Shown here one piece after another: positions 17,774-25,691 of a stretch of DNA of 58,407 nt (positions are counted from its first letter, which is position 1; each line of letters starts with the position of its first letter). Both the position numbers and the translations under genes were made by a program. This DNA is from an uncultured Chloroflexota bacterium (GTDB lineage: Bacteria > Chloroflexota > Limnocylindria > Limnocylindrales > Limnocylindraceae), in contig CAIPEX010000009.1 in the NCBI GenBank assembly GCA_903864185.1, positions 110,281-168,687 of the forward strand, in the 5' to 3' direction. The notes beneath the pieces were generated by a model that was given only the letters and a program-made list of their open reading frames with translations, had not been told where the DNA came from and searched no databases.

Positions 17774-17850
17774 TGGTGGGCGGTACAGGACTCGAACCTG
17801 TGACCTCAGCCATGTCAAGGCTGCGCTCTAACCAACTGAGCTAACCGCCC
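17774..17850 (-). tRNA. tRNA-Val (anticodon GAC), CCA encoded
   Basis: GGGCGGTTAGCTCAGTTGGTTAGAGCGCAGCCTTGACATGGCTGAGGTCACAGGTTCGAGTCCTGTACCGCCCACCA folds as a cloverleaf by hand. It has a 7-bp acceptor stem, a GCTC/GAGC D stem, a CAGCC/GGCTG anticodon stem with loop TTGACAT, and a TTCGAGT T loop. Confidence 0.92.
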
Positions 17851-17870
17851 GAGGGAGCGAGGATAGCCGA

Positions 17871-17876
17871 TAGACT
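17871..17876 (+). promoter_or_regulatory. -10-like hexamer TAGACT, 7 nt upstream of the psuK ATG (leaderless candidate)
   Basis: TAGACT-gctccag-ATG with no purine-rich SD. It lies in the 33-bp divergent spacer shared with tRNA-Val, which has TATCCT 9 nt before its 5' end on the other strand. Confidence 0.3.
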
Positions 17877-17883
17877 GCTCCAG

Positions 17884-18768
17884 ATGAGCCACGCCAGTCC
17901 TCCCCCCATGATTCTCGCGGTCGGAGACCTCATTGACGAGATTGCCGTGCGCCTTGTCGCCCCTTGGCGCAGGGGCTCCGACGCAACGGCGCGAATTACA
18001 CGTCGCCGCGGCGGGAGTGCCGCCAATGTCGCCGTGGCAGCCGTTGCTGCTGGCGGGCGGGCACGGTTTCTTGGCGCCATCGGTGACGACAGCACGGGCT
18101 CCGCGCTGCTTGCCGCGCTGCAGGCTGCCGGCGTGGAGGCGCACCTGCAGCGAAGCGGGCGCAGCCCGTCAATTATTGTGGTCGTCGAGCCAGATGGCGA
18201 GCGCACCATGCTCCCCGACCGTGGCGTTGCAATGAACCTGGTGCATCCTGGCCCCACGATCTTTGACAGCGTCTCCTGGCTCCATGCACCCGCCTACTCG
18301 CTCTTCGGAGAGCCTCTCGCACGCACCACGCGGCAACTCTTCGCCGACGCACGACAGCGCGGGATACCAGCATCGCTCGATGCCTCCTCCATCGGTGCAC
18401 TCGCAGCGTGGGGCCCCGAAGAGAGTCGTAGACAGTTTGCGGAGCTCGGGGCCACCTGCCTCTTCGCCAATGCAGAAGAGACCGAGTATCTCGACCTCCG
18501 CAACCGGCCACTTCAGGGGATCACATGCATCCTGAAGCGCGGGAGCGACGAGGCAGAGGTGCGCGGAGAAGACGGCGAGCTACTCGCTGTCGCTGCACCG
18601 GACACGCTCCCCTTGGGGGTCGATACGACAGGGGCTGGTGATGCCTTTGCGGGTGGCTTTCTCGTCGCGCGCGCCAGCGACGCTCCATGGGAAGATGCGC
18701 TGTACGCAGGACACGTGGCTGCACAGAAGCATCTGCTCCAGCAGCAACATCACGAGGAGGCAGAGTGA
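17884..18768 (+). CDS. psuK: PfkB-family carbohydrate kinase, probable pseudouridine kinase
   Basis: Ribokinase-like fold with the C-terminal DTTGAGDAFAGGFL motif. It is translationally coupled (GTGA overlap) to the downstream pseudouridine-5'-phosphate glycosidase. Substrate is inferred from that adjacency only. Confidence 0.65.
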   Translation: MSHASPPPMILAVGDLIDEIAVRLVAPWRRGSDATARITRRRGGSAANVAVAAVAAGGRARFLGAIGDDSTGSALLAALQAAGVEAHLQRSGRSPSIIVVVEPDGERTMLPDRGVAMNLVHPGPTIFDSVSWLHAPAYSLFGEPLARTTRQLFADARQRGIPASLDASSIGALAAWGPEESRRQFAELGATCLFANAEETEYLDLRNRPLQGITCILKRGSDEAEVRGEDGELLAVAAPDTLPLGVDTTGAGDAFAGGFLVARASDAPWEDALYAGHVAAQKHLLQQQHHEEAE

Positions 18769-19670
18769 ATCAGATCCGTATCTCGCTTGAGGTTGCCGCT
18801 GCGCTCCGCGAGAAGCGACCAGTGGTCGCGCTTGAGTCGACAATCACCTCAAGCCTCGGGCTTCCAGCGCCGTATAACCGCGAGTGTTACGACCGCGTCG
18901 AAGCGGCAATCCGCGCCGAGGGTGCCGTCCCTGCAGTCACTGGAATCCTTGATGGTTCACTCATCGCGGGCGCTGAGCCCAGTGACGTCGAACGGCTCTT
19001 GACTGCCACGCGCAAGGTTGCCGAGCGCGACCTTCCCATCGCTCTCGCCCAAGGCGCGCCGACTGCGGTCACCACAGTCTCCGCGTCGGTCGCAATTGCG
19101 GCACGCGTCGGCATACGCGTCTTTGCCACTGGCGGCATTGGCGGCGTGCATCGGGGGGCTGCTGAGAGCTTCGACATCTCATCCGACCTCGGTGCCATTG
19201 CACGGCACCCTGTGCTCGTGGTCAGCGCCGGGGCGAAGGCGTTCCTCGACCTGGCAAAAACACTCGAGTATCTCGAGACGCTCAGCGTGCCTGTCATCGG
19301 CTACGAGACGGATGAGTTCCCTGCATTCTGGAGCCGCACGAGTGGCCTCAAGGTCCCCGCACGTCTCGACAGCCCACGTGACATTGCTGTTGCAGCACAT
19401 GCTGCAACTATCAGTGGCTGGGTCGGCGGCATGCTCATTGCAAATCCCATTCCTTTCACCGATGAGATCCCTGCAAGCGAGATTGCTGCGGCAATCGAGA
19501 AGGGGCTCGCGACGGCAGCTGCATCAGGCGCTACTGGCGCAGCCGTTACGCCAAAGATCCTTGCAGCAATTGCTGCTGCAACAGAATCACGGTCGATCCC
19601 TGCCAATCTTGCGCTGGCTGAATCAAATGCACGCCTCGCCGCGAAGATTGCCGCAGCGCTTCTCGACTAG
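18765..19670 (+). CDS. psuG: pseudouridine-5'-phosphate glycosidase
   Basis: ISLEVAAALREKRPVVALESTITSSLGLPAPYN and GGIGGVHRG are typical of the PsuG/YeiN (indigoidine synthase A-like) family. The start is set at the GTG at 18765, which overlaps the kinase stop. Confidence 0.88.
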   Translation: MNQIRISLEVAAALREKRPVVALESTITSSLGLPAPYNRECYDRVEAAIRAEGAVPAVTGILDGSLIAGAEPSDVERLLTATRKVAERDLPIALAQGAPTAVTTVSASVAIAARVGIRVFATGGIGGVHRGAAESFDISSDLGAIARHPVLVVSAGAKAFLDLAKTLEYLETLSVPVIGYETDEFPAFWSRTSGLKVPARLDSPRDIAVAAHAATISGWVGGMLIANPIPFTDEIPASEIAAAIEKGLATAAASGATGAAVTPKILAAIAAATESRSIPANLALAESNARLAAKIAAALLD

Positions 19671-21013
19671 CTCTCTTGCAAAGCGTGGCGCTTGGGCCCA
19701 CGGGTAATCGAGAGGAGAGCAACTCCAGCAATGACAATGCCGACGCCAAGAAGGGTGTTGGTCCCGCCGATCTGGTCGGCGATCGGGCCCACGGCGATGA
19801 TCGGCACAAAGCTGCCGAGGCTGACGAGCATGTTGAGCACACCAAAGACGCGCCCGCGCACCTCTTCTGGTAGCTCAGCTTGCAGCGCCGTCTGTGCGGG
19901 GATTGCCACAAGGCCGTAGGCCGCTCCGGCAAGATAGGCGACAAAGATCACGGTGCCGAGGGCAGATGCCCCAGCGTCAATGGGGAGGTCACCGAGCAGG
20001 CTCGCACCATCAGAGATCGCTAGGCTGATCGGCTTCGCGAGGGCAAGCAGTGCAAGTCCGCCACCAACGCCGAGGAGTCCAACCTCAATGAGCGTGCGGC
20101 GGGCAATCGCCTTCCCCCAGCTGTTCAGCGCAAGGATGCCTGTGACAACGCCCAGCCCAATTGGGAGGACGACGAGCCAGAAGTCGCGCGCCTGGAGGCC
20201 GAGCGCGTCGGCGACGTACTCTGGCCCCAAGACCCCCATGACACCGACAACGCTTGCCGCAATCGAGAGATAGATCAGTGACCAGATAACTGAACTGTTA
20301 TCTCGGATGTAGCGAAGTCCAACCAGCAACTCTCCGGTTGTTGTGCGTGTCGTCTCTCGCGTTGACGTGCCGATGTTCCCCTCGCGCTTCACCGGGGGCG
20401 CTGCCGGGAGACCGAGGCAGAGGAGGCCAGCGACAAGGAAGAGGGCCGCCACAAAGATGATTGCTGCCTCAGGGCCGGCAATGCGCACGATCGCTGGGCC
20501 GAGAAGGGCGAAGCCAATCGCAAAGGCAGCATTCAGGGTGAAGGTGAAGAGTCCATTTGCTGAATTCAACTGCTCCACATGCACCAGGCGCGGAATCATT
20601 GACAGCTCTGCTGGAGCAAAGAGTGTGGTCATGACGCTCCCGAAGATGTTGAGCAAGAGAACTGTGCCGAGCGTATCAACGCTGCCGAGCATGAGGAAGA
20701 ACGCGCCAGCGCGAGATAGGTTCGCAACGATGAGGACGAGGCGGGTATCCAGCCGGTCGACCCAAACTCCAGCGATTGGCGAGAGTACGACAGCTGGGAC
20801 GAGGAAGCTCAGGAAGAGGGCGCTGAGCGCTGATGTCGAGCCGCTCCGCTCCGCAACAAGCACCGTGAGCCCGTAGAGCACGACATTGCCGCCGATTTGC
20901 GTGAGGAGTTGGGCCACCCAGAGGCGGAGGAAGGCTCCATTGCGCAGGACGCTGACGTCAGGAGGGCGCTGGAAGTCTGGGATCTCTTTCGTGATCTTTG
21001 ACTCGCGACTCAT
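19667..21013 (-). CDS. MFS transporter
   Basis: 448 aa with about 12 predicted TM helices and MFS-like loop motifs (VWVDRLDTR). GGAGGGGAG SD before the ATG at 21013. Substrate unknown. Confidence 0.8.
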   Translation of the reverse strand: MSRESKITKEIPDFQRPPDVSVLRNGAFLRLWVAQLLTQIGGNVVLYGLTVLVAERSGSTSALSALFLSFLVPAVVLSPIAGVWVDRLDTRLVLIVANLSRAGAFFLMLGSVDTLGTVLLLNIFGSVMTTLFAPAELSMIPRLVHVEQLNSANGLFTFTLNAAFAIGFALLGPAIVRIAGPEAAIIFVAALFLVAGLLCLGLPAAPPVKREGNIGTSTRETTRTTTGELLVGLRYIRDNSSVIWSLIYLSIAASVVGVMGVLGPEYVADALGLQARDFWLVVLPIGLGVVTGILALNSWGKAIARRTLIEVGLLGVGGGLALLALAKPISLAISDGASLLGDLPIDAGASALGTVIFVAYLAGAAYGLVAIPAQTALQAELPEEVRGRVFGVLNMLVSLGSFVPIIAVGPIADQIGGTNTLLGVGIVIAGVALLSITRGPKRHALQES

Positions 21014-21034
21014 ACTCCCCTCCTCTCTGCTTCA

Positions 21035-21110
21035 TGGTGCCCCCGGCCGGAATCGAACCAGCGACGCCCGCCTTAGGACGGCGGCGCTCTATCCACTGAG
21101 CTACGGGGGC
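21035..21110 (-). tRNA. tRNA-Arg (anticodon CCT), CCA encoded
   Basis: GCCCCCGTAGCTCAGTGGATAGAGCGCCGCCGTCCTAAGGCGGGCGTCGCTGGTTCGATTCCGGCCGGGGGCACCA has a hand-folded cloverleaf. The anticodon stem is CCGCC/GGCGG with loop GTCCTAA. Confidence 0.9.
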
Positions 21111-21135
21111 CCAGGAGATGGTAGCCCACGGCTCG

Positions 21136-21144
21136 TGGGAGAAT
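21136..21144 (+). promoter_or_regulatory. extended -10-like element TGgGAGAAT, 6 nt upstream of the ATG at 21151 (leaderless candidate)
   Basis: TGgGAGAAT-acccct-ATG. The same TGnGAGAAT element precedes typA. Prediction only. Confidence 0.3.
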
Positions 21145-21150
21145 ACCCCT

Positions 21151-21408
21151 ATGGAGACACGCCAGATCACCCTCTACGGACGTCCAGCGTGCTCACTCTG
21201 TGACGAAGCCGCGGCGATCCTTGCGCAAATTGGCCACGAGCGCGGTGCGGCCCTCAGCGTGACGCACGTCGATATCGAGCAGGAGCCTGCCATGCACGCG
21301 CGCCTTCTGAGCGAGATCCCCGCGCTTGAGGTTGATGGGCGCCTCCTCCCCCATGCAACCAGCCGCCTCAGGATCGAATCTTTCCTCGCCGGCCCGGAAC
21401 CTCAGTAG
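21151..21408 (+). CDS. glutaredoxin-like (thioredoxin-fold) small protein
   Basis: METRQITLYGRPACSLCDEA has a CxxC motif at the position typical of small glutaredoxin-family proteins (about 85 aa). The longer ORF from 21118 has AGGAG abutting its ATG with no spacer, so it is not preferred. Confidence 0.6.
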   Translation: METRQITLYGRPACSLCDEAAAILAQIGHERGAALSVTHVDIEQEPAMHARLLSEIPALEVDGRLLPHATSRLRIESFLAGPEPQ

Positions 21409-22091
21409 TGGGGCTCTTTGTCGCCTTTCTCGCGGGCACGCTCAGCTTCCTCTCTCCGTGCGTGCTGCCAATTGTTCCTGCCTACATCGGCCGACTTGCT
21501 GGGCTCGCAAAGCATGAGTCGCCCCTCGTTCACTCGCTCCTCTTCGTCAGCGGCTTCACGCTGCTCTTCACCCTCCTTGGCATCGGCGCCGCCTACGCGG
21601 GTGGTGCCGTCGCGCGCATCCTCCAGATTGTGCAGCTCCCGCTGGGACTGGCAGTCGTAGCGGGCGGGCTCCACCTCGCTGGCATCATCAGGGTGCCGGC
21701 GCTCGATCGCGCCACTGGTCCCCTCCCGATCGCCGCGCGCGGCAGAGTCGGGAGCATGCTGCTTGGCATCGCGTTTGCCGCTGCGTGGACCCCGTGCATC
21801 GGCATCGTCCTTGGTGCGATCCTCGCGCTCGCCGCAACCGGCTCTGACCCGATCGGGTCGATTGCGTTGCTCATCACCTACAGCGCTGGTCTCGGGCTGC
21901 CGTTCATTGGCATATCCATTGCGGCCCAACGCGTGGCTGGCGGTGGAGATCGCATTCTCGGACGACTCCGTCGGAGCTCGTTGAACGCGGCGCGGGTCGG
22001 CGGCCTCCTTGTCGCACTCATTGGTCTCTTCATTGCCGGCGGCATGTTGCCGCTACTCTCGCGCTACCTGCCTGGAATTCCGGGGCTCTGA
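21408..22091 (+). CDS. ccdA: cytochrome c biogenesis protein CcdA (DsbD-family thiol-disulfide transporter)
   Basis: FLAGTLSFLSPCVLPIVPAYIG and a second conserved Cys in AWTPCIG. Six TM helices. Confidence 0.85.
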   Translation: MGLFVAFLAGTLSFLSPCVLPIVPAYIGRLAGLAKHESPLVHSLLFVSGFTLLFTLLGIGAAYAGGAVARILQIVQLPLGLAVVAGGLHLAGIIRVPALDRATGPLPIAARGRVGSMLLGIAFAAAWTPCIGIVLGAILALAATGSDPIGSIALLITYSAGLGLPFIGISIAAQRVAGGGDRILGRLRRSSLNAARVGGLLVALIGLFIAGGMLPLLSRYLPGIPGL

Positions 22092-22675
22092 TGATCGGAC
22101 CGTTTCCGCGGCGTCCGCTCATTGGCGCTCTCACTGCCGCCATTGGTCTCGGTCTCGTCTTAACCCTTTCGCTCGGCAGCGTTCCTACCGTGACGCGCGA
22201 TCCAGGACGGTATGTCACCGATGCAACAGCACTCGGGCCTGCGGTGGGAGCCCACATGGAGATCCCCGCTTCGCAACCACTTGCAGATGGGCGCGTGTGG
22301 GGAGATCTCACCGCGGAGGAACGCTCAGGGACACTTGTCATCCTGAACTTCTTTGCAACCTGGTGCCCTCCATGTCAACAGGAGATGCCAGTCTTGCGCG
22401 CCTTCGATGGCCTCTACCGCGACCGGGGGCTACGCATTATCGGTATCTCTGTAAGCGAAACGACAGCCGACGTCGCTCGATACGCGGAAGAGTACTCCAT
22501 CACCTACCCGCTCCTCGTTGATGCAGCCGGCACGCTGTTCCGAGCGGCAGCGGTTGGCGGACTGCCGACGCAGCTCTTACTCGATGGGTCAGGCCGCGTA
22601 CTTGCAGTACTGCCGCAGCCGCTAACTGCAGCGGACGGGGTTGAACTTATCGAGCCGCTCCTCGCGGGGCGCTGA
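22091..22675 (+). CDS. TlpA/ResA-like membrane-anchored thiol-disulfide oxidoreductase
   Basis: N-terminal TM anchor and thioredoxin fold with FFATWCPPCQQEMP. TGATG coupling to ccdA. Confidence 0.8.
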   Translation: MIGPFPRRPLIGALTAAIGLGLVLTLSLGSVPTVTRDPGRYVTDATALGPAVGAHMEIPASQPLADGRVWGDLTAEERSGTLVILNFFATWCPPCQQEMPVLRAFDGLYRDRGLRIIGISVSETTADVARYAEEYSITYPLLVDAAGTLFRAAAVGGLPTQLLLDGSGRVLAVLPQPLTAADGVELIEPLLAGR

Positions 22676-22680
22676 GTTCA

Positions 22681-23532
22681 CTACTCCGCAACGAAGCGGA
22701 ACCGCTCTCCATCACGCTCGATGCGACCAAGCGGCGTGTCGACCTCATGGCTCATTGCAACAAGCCACTGCTCTCGCGCTGCCTCGGCGAAAATCGTTGC
22801 CTTCGCATCAACCGAGATCCATGCCTGATCGTCGTATGAGGTAACCCAGCGCGGGTTCGCCTGCCAGGGTCGCATGAAGAGATCGCCAAGGAAGAGAAGC
22901 GTCCGTGCCGTGCCGCGAATGATCGTTGCCTGTGAACCGGGTGTGTGGCCGCCGAGTGCCCGAAGTTCTACCGCTGAGTCGAGTGAGAGCGTCGTCTCAT
23001 AGGCGCGAGGTTCCGCATCGCGGAAGAGCCTGCGGAGGGTTGCAGTGTCGTAGGCGGCACGTGCGCGCAAGGAGTCGCTCGCCACGGCCTCGATCTCGCC
23101 GCGAGGTGCGACCACAACGGCCCCAGGAAATGCAGCCTCACCGCGCTCATTCGCTAGGCCGCCAGCATGATCGCGGTGAAGGTGGCTCGGGACAACGAGG
23201 CTGATGCGCTCAATGTCGACTCCGCCGGCAAGGAGGGCTTCACGCGCAGCAAGGGATTGAATCTCGGCATCATCTCGTGCCGTGCCTGCGGGGAGGAGTC
23301 CCGTCTCAAGCAGGATCGATCGCGATGGCGTGGTTACGTGGAGAAGGTTGAGTGCCTGTAAGAGGCGCGACTCAGCATCGATCTCCGTGCGAACGAGCGG
23401 CTCCCACGTTGTTCGGGGGACAGGCCCAAAGATCGCTCCTGCGTCGCTACGAAAGGTGCCGATACGAATGAGATCAACGAGTGTTCCGCCGAGATCGATC
23501 TGGCGGCGGGCTTGCGGGGCGGCTCCCCCCAT
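22681..23532 (-). CDS. MBL-fold metallo-hydrolase
   Basis: HxHxDH motif (SHLHRDHAGG) and later His/Asp ligands (GGHTPGS). Specific substrate unknown. Confidence 0.75.
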   Translation of the reverse strand: MGGAAPQARRQIDLGGTLVDLIRIGTFRSDAGAIFGPVPRTTWEPLVRTEIDAESRLLQALNLLHVTTPSRSILLETGLLPAGTARDDAEIQSLAAREALLAGGVDIERISLVVPSHLHRDHAGGLANERGEAAFPGAVVVAPRGEIEAVASDSLRARAAYDTATLRRLFRDAEPRAYETTLSLDSAVELRALGGHTPGSQATIIRGTARTLLFLGDLFMRPWQANPRWVTSYDDQAWISVDAKATIFAEAAREQWLVAMSHEVDTPLGRIERDGERFRFVAE

Positions 23533-23535
23533 GCG

Positions 23536-24126
23536 CTAGCGCTCCGTCTCGCGACGAACCGCGTCAAAGTCCACGTGGATTGCTGACGCGGTCGGCTCAC
23601 TCTGTCCCTGGTACCGGCTATGCAGGGCGGCGCTCCCGTACGGTCGCTCAACGGGCGACGACATGCGGTGGAAGGAGATCTGGCCGATCTTCATCCCGGG
23701 GTAGAGCGCGATCGGAAGGCTCGCAACATTCCCCAACTCCAGCGTCAGATTCCCAACCCACCCTGGATCGACATAGCCGGCGGTGGAGTGAATGAGAAGA
23801 CCGAGCCGGCCGAGGGATGACTTCCCGTCAAGGCGACCGAGGAGCGAGCTGCCAACACTAATGCGCTCAAGTGTTTGACCAAGCACAAATTCACTCGGGT
23901 GGAGCATGAACGGCTCGGCGCCAGAGACGACCTCGAGTTCGGTGAGCCCCGGCTGATCGACTGAGGGGTCGATGAACCCGTAGCGGTTATTCCGGAACAC
24001 CCGGAAGCTCTTATCAAGGTGAAGGTCGATCGAGGCCGGCTGAATGTCTTCGTTGTTGAATGGATCCACGCCGATCTCACCAGAAGCGATCGCACGTCGC
24101 AGGTCACCATCAGAGAGGACGCTCAT
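23536..24126 (-). CDS. dcd: dCTP deaminase
   Basis: MSVLSDGDLRRAI...IQPASIDLHLD, GKSSLGRLGL and a trimeric dUTPase-like pattern. ATGA overlap with nrdR. Confidence 0.9.
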   Translation of the reverse strand: MSVLSDGDLRRAIASGEIGVDPFNNEDIQPASIDLHLDKSFRVFRNNRYGFIDPSVDQPGLTELEVVSGAEPFMLHPSEFVLGQTLERISVGSSLLGRLDGKSSLGRLGLLIHSTAGYVDPGWVGNLTLELGNVASLPIALYPGMKIGQISFHRMSSPVERPYGSAALHSRYQGQSEPTASAIHVDFDAVRRETER

Positions 24127-24626
24127 GCGCCCGCCTCCACGCTCTTGCGACGGCGCTTCCCACCGCCACTCTCCTTCTCTGCGACAAGCTCGTCTACTTC
24201 ACGCTTGAGGGTGGCAAGGTCCTCGAACGACTGGTAGACACTGGCGAAGCGGATGTAGGCGATCTGGTCAATCTCACGGAGCGCTGCCATGGCAAGGCTA
24301 CCGATCCGTGCAGAAGAGATCTCGGTGGCGCCGCTCGCGCGGATCGCCGTCTCTATCGCCTCCATCGCGCGCTCCGGAGCGTCAACCGGCACGGGCCTCC
24401 GAACAAGCGCGCGGCGAAGACCCTCGAGGAGTTTCTGGCTGTCGTACTCATCACGCTCACCAGAGCGCTTGATGACGTACAGACGGGCAAGTTCGGCCCG
24501 CTCGTAGGTGGTGACCCGAGTGCCGCAGATGCGGCAGGCGCGGCGGCGGCGAATGACTGAGCCCTCATCGAGGTCGCGAGAGTCGACAACTCGCGTGTCT
24601 GGCTCTTTGCACGAAGGACAACGCAC
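24123..24626 (-). CDS. nrdR: transcriptional repressor NrdR
   Basis: (M)RCPSC...CRICGTRVTTYE zinc ribbon followed by an ATP-cone. The start is placed at the second GTG (24626), 7 nt after GGGAGGA. The listed ORF start at 24632 abuts the SD. Confidence 0.9.
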   Translation of the reverse strand: MRCPSCKEPDTRVVDSRDLDEGSVIRRRRACRICGTRVTTYERAELARLYVIKRSGERDEYDSQKLLEGLRRALVRRPVPVDAPERAMEAIETAIRASGATEISSARIGSLAMAALREIDQIAYIRFASVYQSFEDLATLKREVDELVAEKESGGGKRRRKSVEAGA

Positions 24627-24693
24627 GCTCACTCCTCCCTACCGCCGCTTGCGGTGTCTCGGGGAGTGTACACACGATCTAGCGCGATGTCGC

Positions 24694-25179
24694 TCAGTCG
24701 TGGCTTACAGGGCCGGCGATCGTCTCCCGAGCGTGCTCAAGCACTGGGAGGAGGATGGCGAGGCCGTCACGCACCGCCCCGCTCCCGCCAGGCAGATTCA
24801 CCACGAGGCTCCCCTTCAGGACGCCCGCAACGCCACGCGAGAGGATTGCTGCCGGCGTCTGCGAGCGGCCGAGCATGCGGATCGCTTCGGGAATCCCAGG
24901 GATCAGGCGCTCGAGCAATGGTGCGGTTGCATCCGGGGTGACGTCGCGTGGCGTAAGACCAGTTCCGCCAGTCGTCAGGATCACTTCAACGGTGCCAGCA
25001 TGCGCAAGGAGTACCGCTTCAATTTCAGCGCGCTCGTCCGCCACGGTCGCACGCGACACGGTCCATCCATGCGCTTGCAGCGCGGCGGCTGCCAGCGCAC
25101 CTGACCGATCTTCGCGTGTCCCAGCTGAGACGGAGTCACTCACCGTGACCACAAGTGCTCGGCGCAACGGTTCGCTCAT
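24694..25179 (-). CDS. mog: MogA/MoaB family molybdenum cofactor biosynthesis protein
   Basis: VVTVSDS...ILTTGGTGLTPRDVTPDAT signature. The start is set at the ATG at 25179, which overlaps the moaC TGA (ATGA). Confidence 0.8.
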   Translation of the reverse strand: MSEPLRRALVVTVSDSVSAGTREDRSGALAAAALQAHGWTVSRATVADERAEIEAVLLAHAGTVEVILTTGGTGLTPRDVTPDATAPLLERLIPGIPEAIRMLGRSQTPAAILSRGVAGVLKGSLVVNLPGGSGAVRDGLAILLPVLEHARETIAGPVSHD

Positions 25180-25676
25180 CGCGGTCTCTCCACATCTGCC
25201 ACCTGCCATGTGCCGCTCGCACCGCCCGTCTTCTCAATAAGCCTCGTTGGCCCGATCACTGCAGATCGGTCTACGGCCTTGACCATGTCGTAAATCGTCA
25301 GCGAGGCGACACTTGCTGCAACGAGTGCCTCCATCTCGACCCCTGTCTGCCCACTGCACTCCACTGTTGCACGGACACGGATCCCATCGCTCACAGCAGT
25401 GCAGCGTACTGCGATGTTCGTGAGCTGCAACGGGTGGCAGAGTGGGATCAACTCAGCGGTGCGCTTTGCAGCCTGCGTCCCAGCGAGCTCTGCTGTGGCA
25501 AGCACGGGGCCTTTTGGCATTGAGCCTTCGGCAACCATGGCGAGCGTCGCAGGCTGCAGTGAAATGTAGCTCTCTGCGACAGCGCGCCGACTCGTTACGG
25601 GCTTCCCACTGACATCAACCATCGCGGCACGGCCCTGCTCATCGATATGCGTCAGGCGTCGACCCTCTTCACTCAT
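25176..25676 (-). CDS. moaC: cyclic pyranopterin monophosphate synthase accessory protein MoaC
   Basis: LTHIDEQGRAAMVDVSGK, PLCHPL and GVEMEAL motifs. Confidence 0.9.
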   Translation of the reverse strand: MSEEGRRLTHIDEQGRAAMVDVSGKPVTSRRAVAESYISLQPATLAMVAEGSMPKGPVLATAELAGTQAAKRTAELIPLCHPLQLTNIAVRCTAVSDGIRVRATVECSGQTGVEMEALVAASVASLTIYDMVKAVDRSAVIGPTRLIEKTGGASGTWQVADVERPR

Positions 25677-25691
25677 GACGTGATCGTAGCG

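Noticed and set aside
17748-17813. N-terminal extensions of the thrS ORF (to 17813) and of the DUF4332-like ORF (28047-28130) that read through tRNA-Val and tRNA-Pro.
   Set aside because: The extra residues (for example MGCKRSLVRIQSPRPD) are translations of tRNA T-arm sequence. Internal ATG codons with good SDs (17747 and 28046) give sensible proteins.
21118-21150. A longer start (ATG at 21118) for the glutaredoxin-like gene, directly abutting tRNA-Arg.
   Set aside because: AGGAG touches that ATG with no spacer, and the extra 11 residues precede the usual family N-terminus. The ATG at 21151 fits family length and the leaderless-type -10 spacing. The call remains uncertain.
24666-24673. The palindrome GTGTACAC in the mog-nrdR spacer, considered as a possible NrdR box or autoregulatory operator.
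   Set aside because: NrdR boxes are 16-bp palindromes with an AT-rich centre and usually occur in pairs upstream of nrd genes. This is a single 8-bp GC-containing palindrome, which is easily a chance event.
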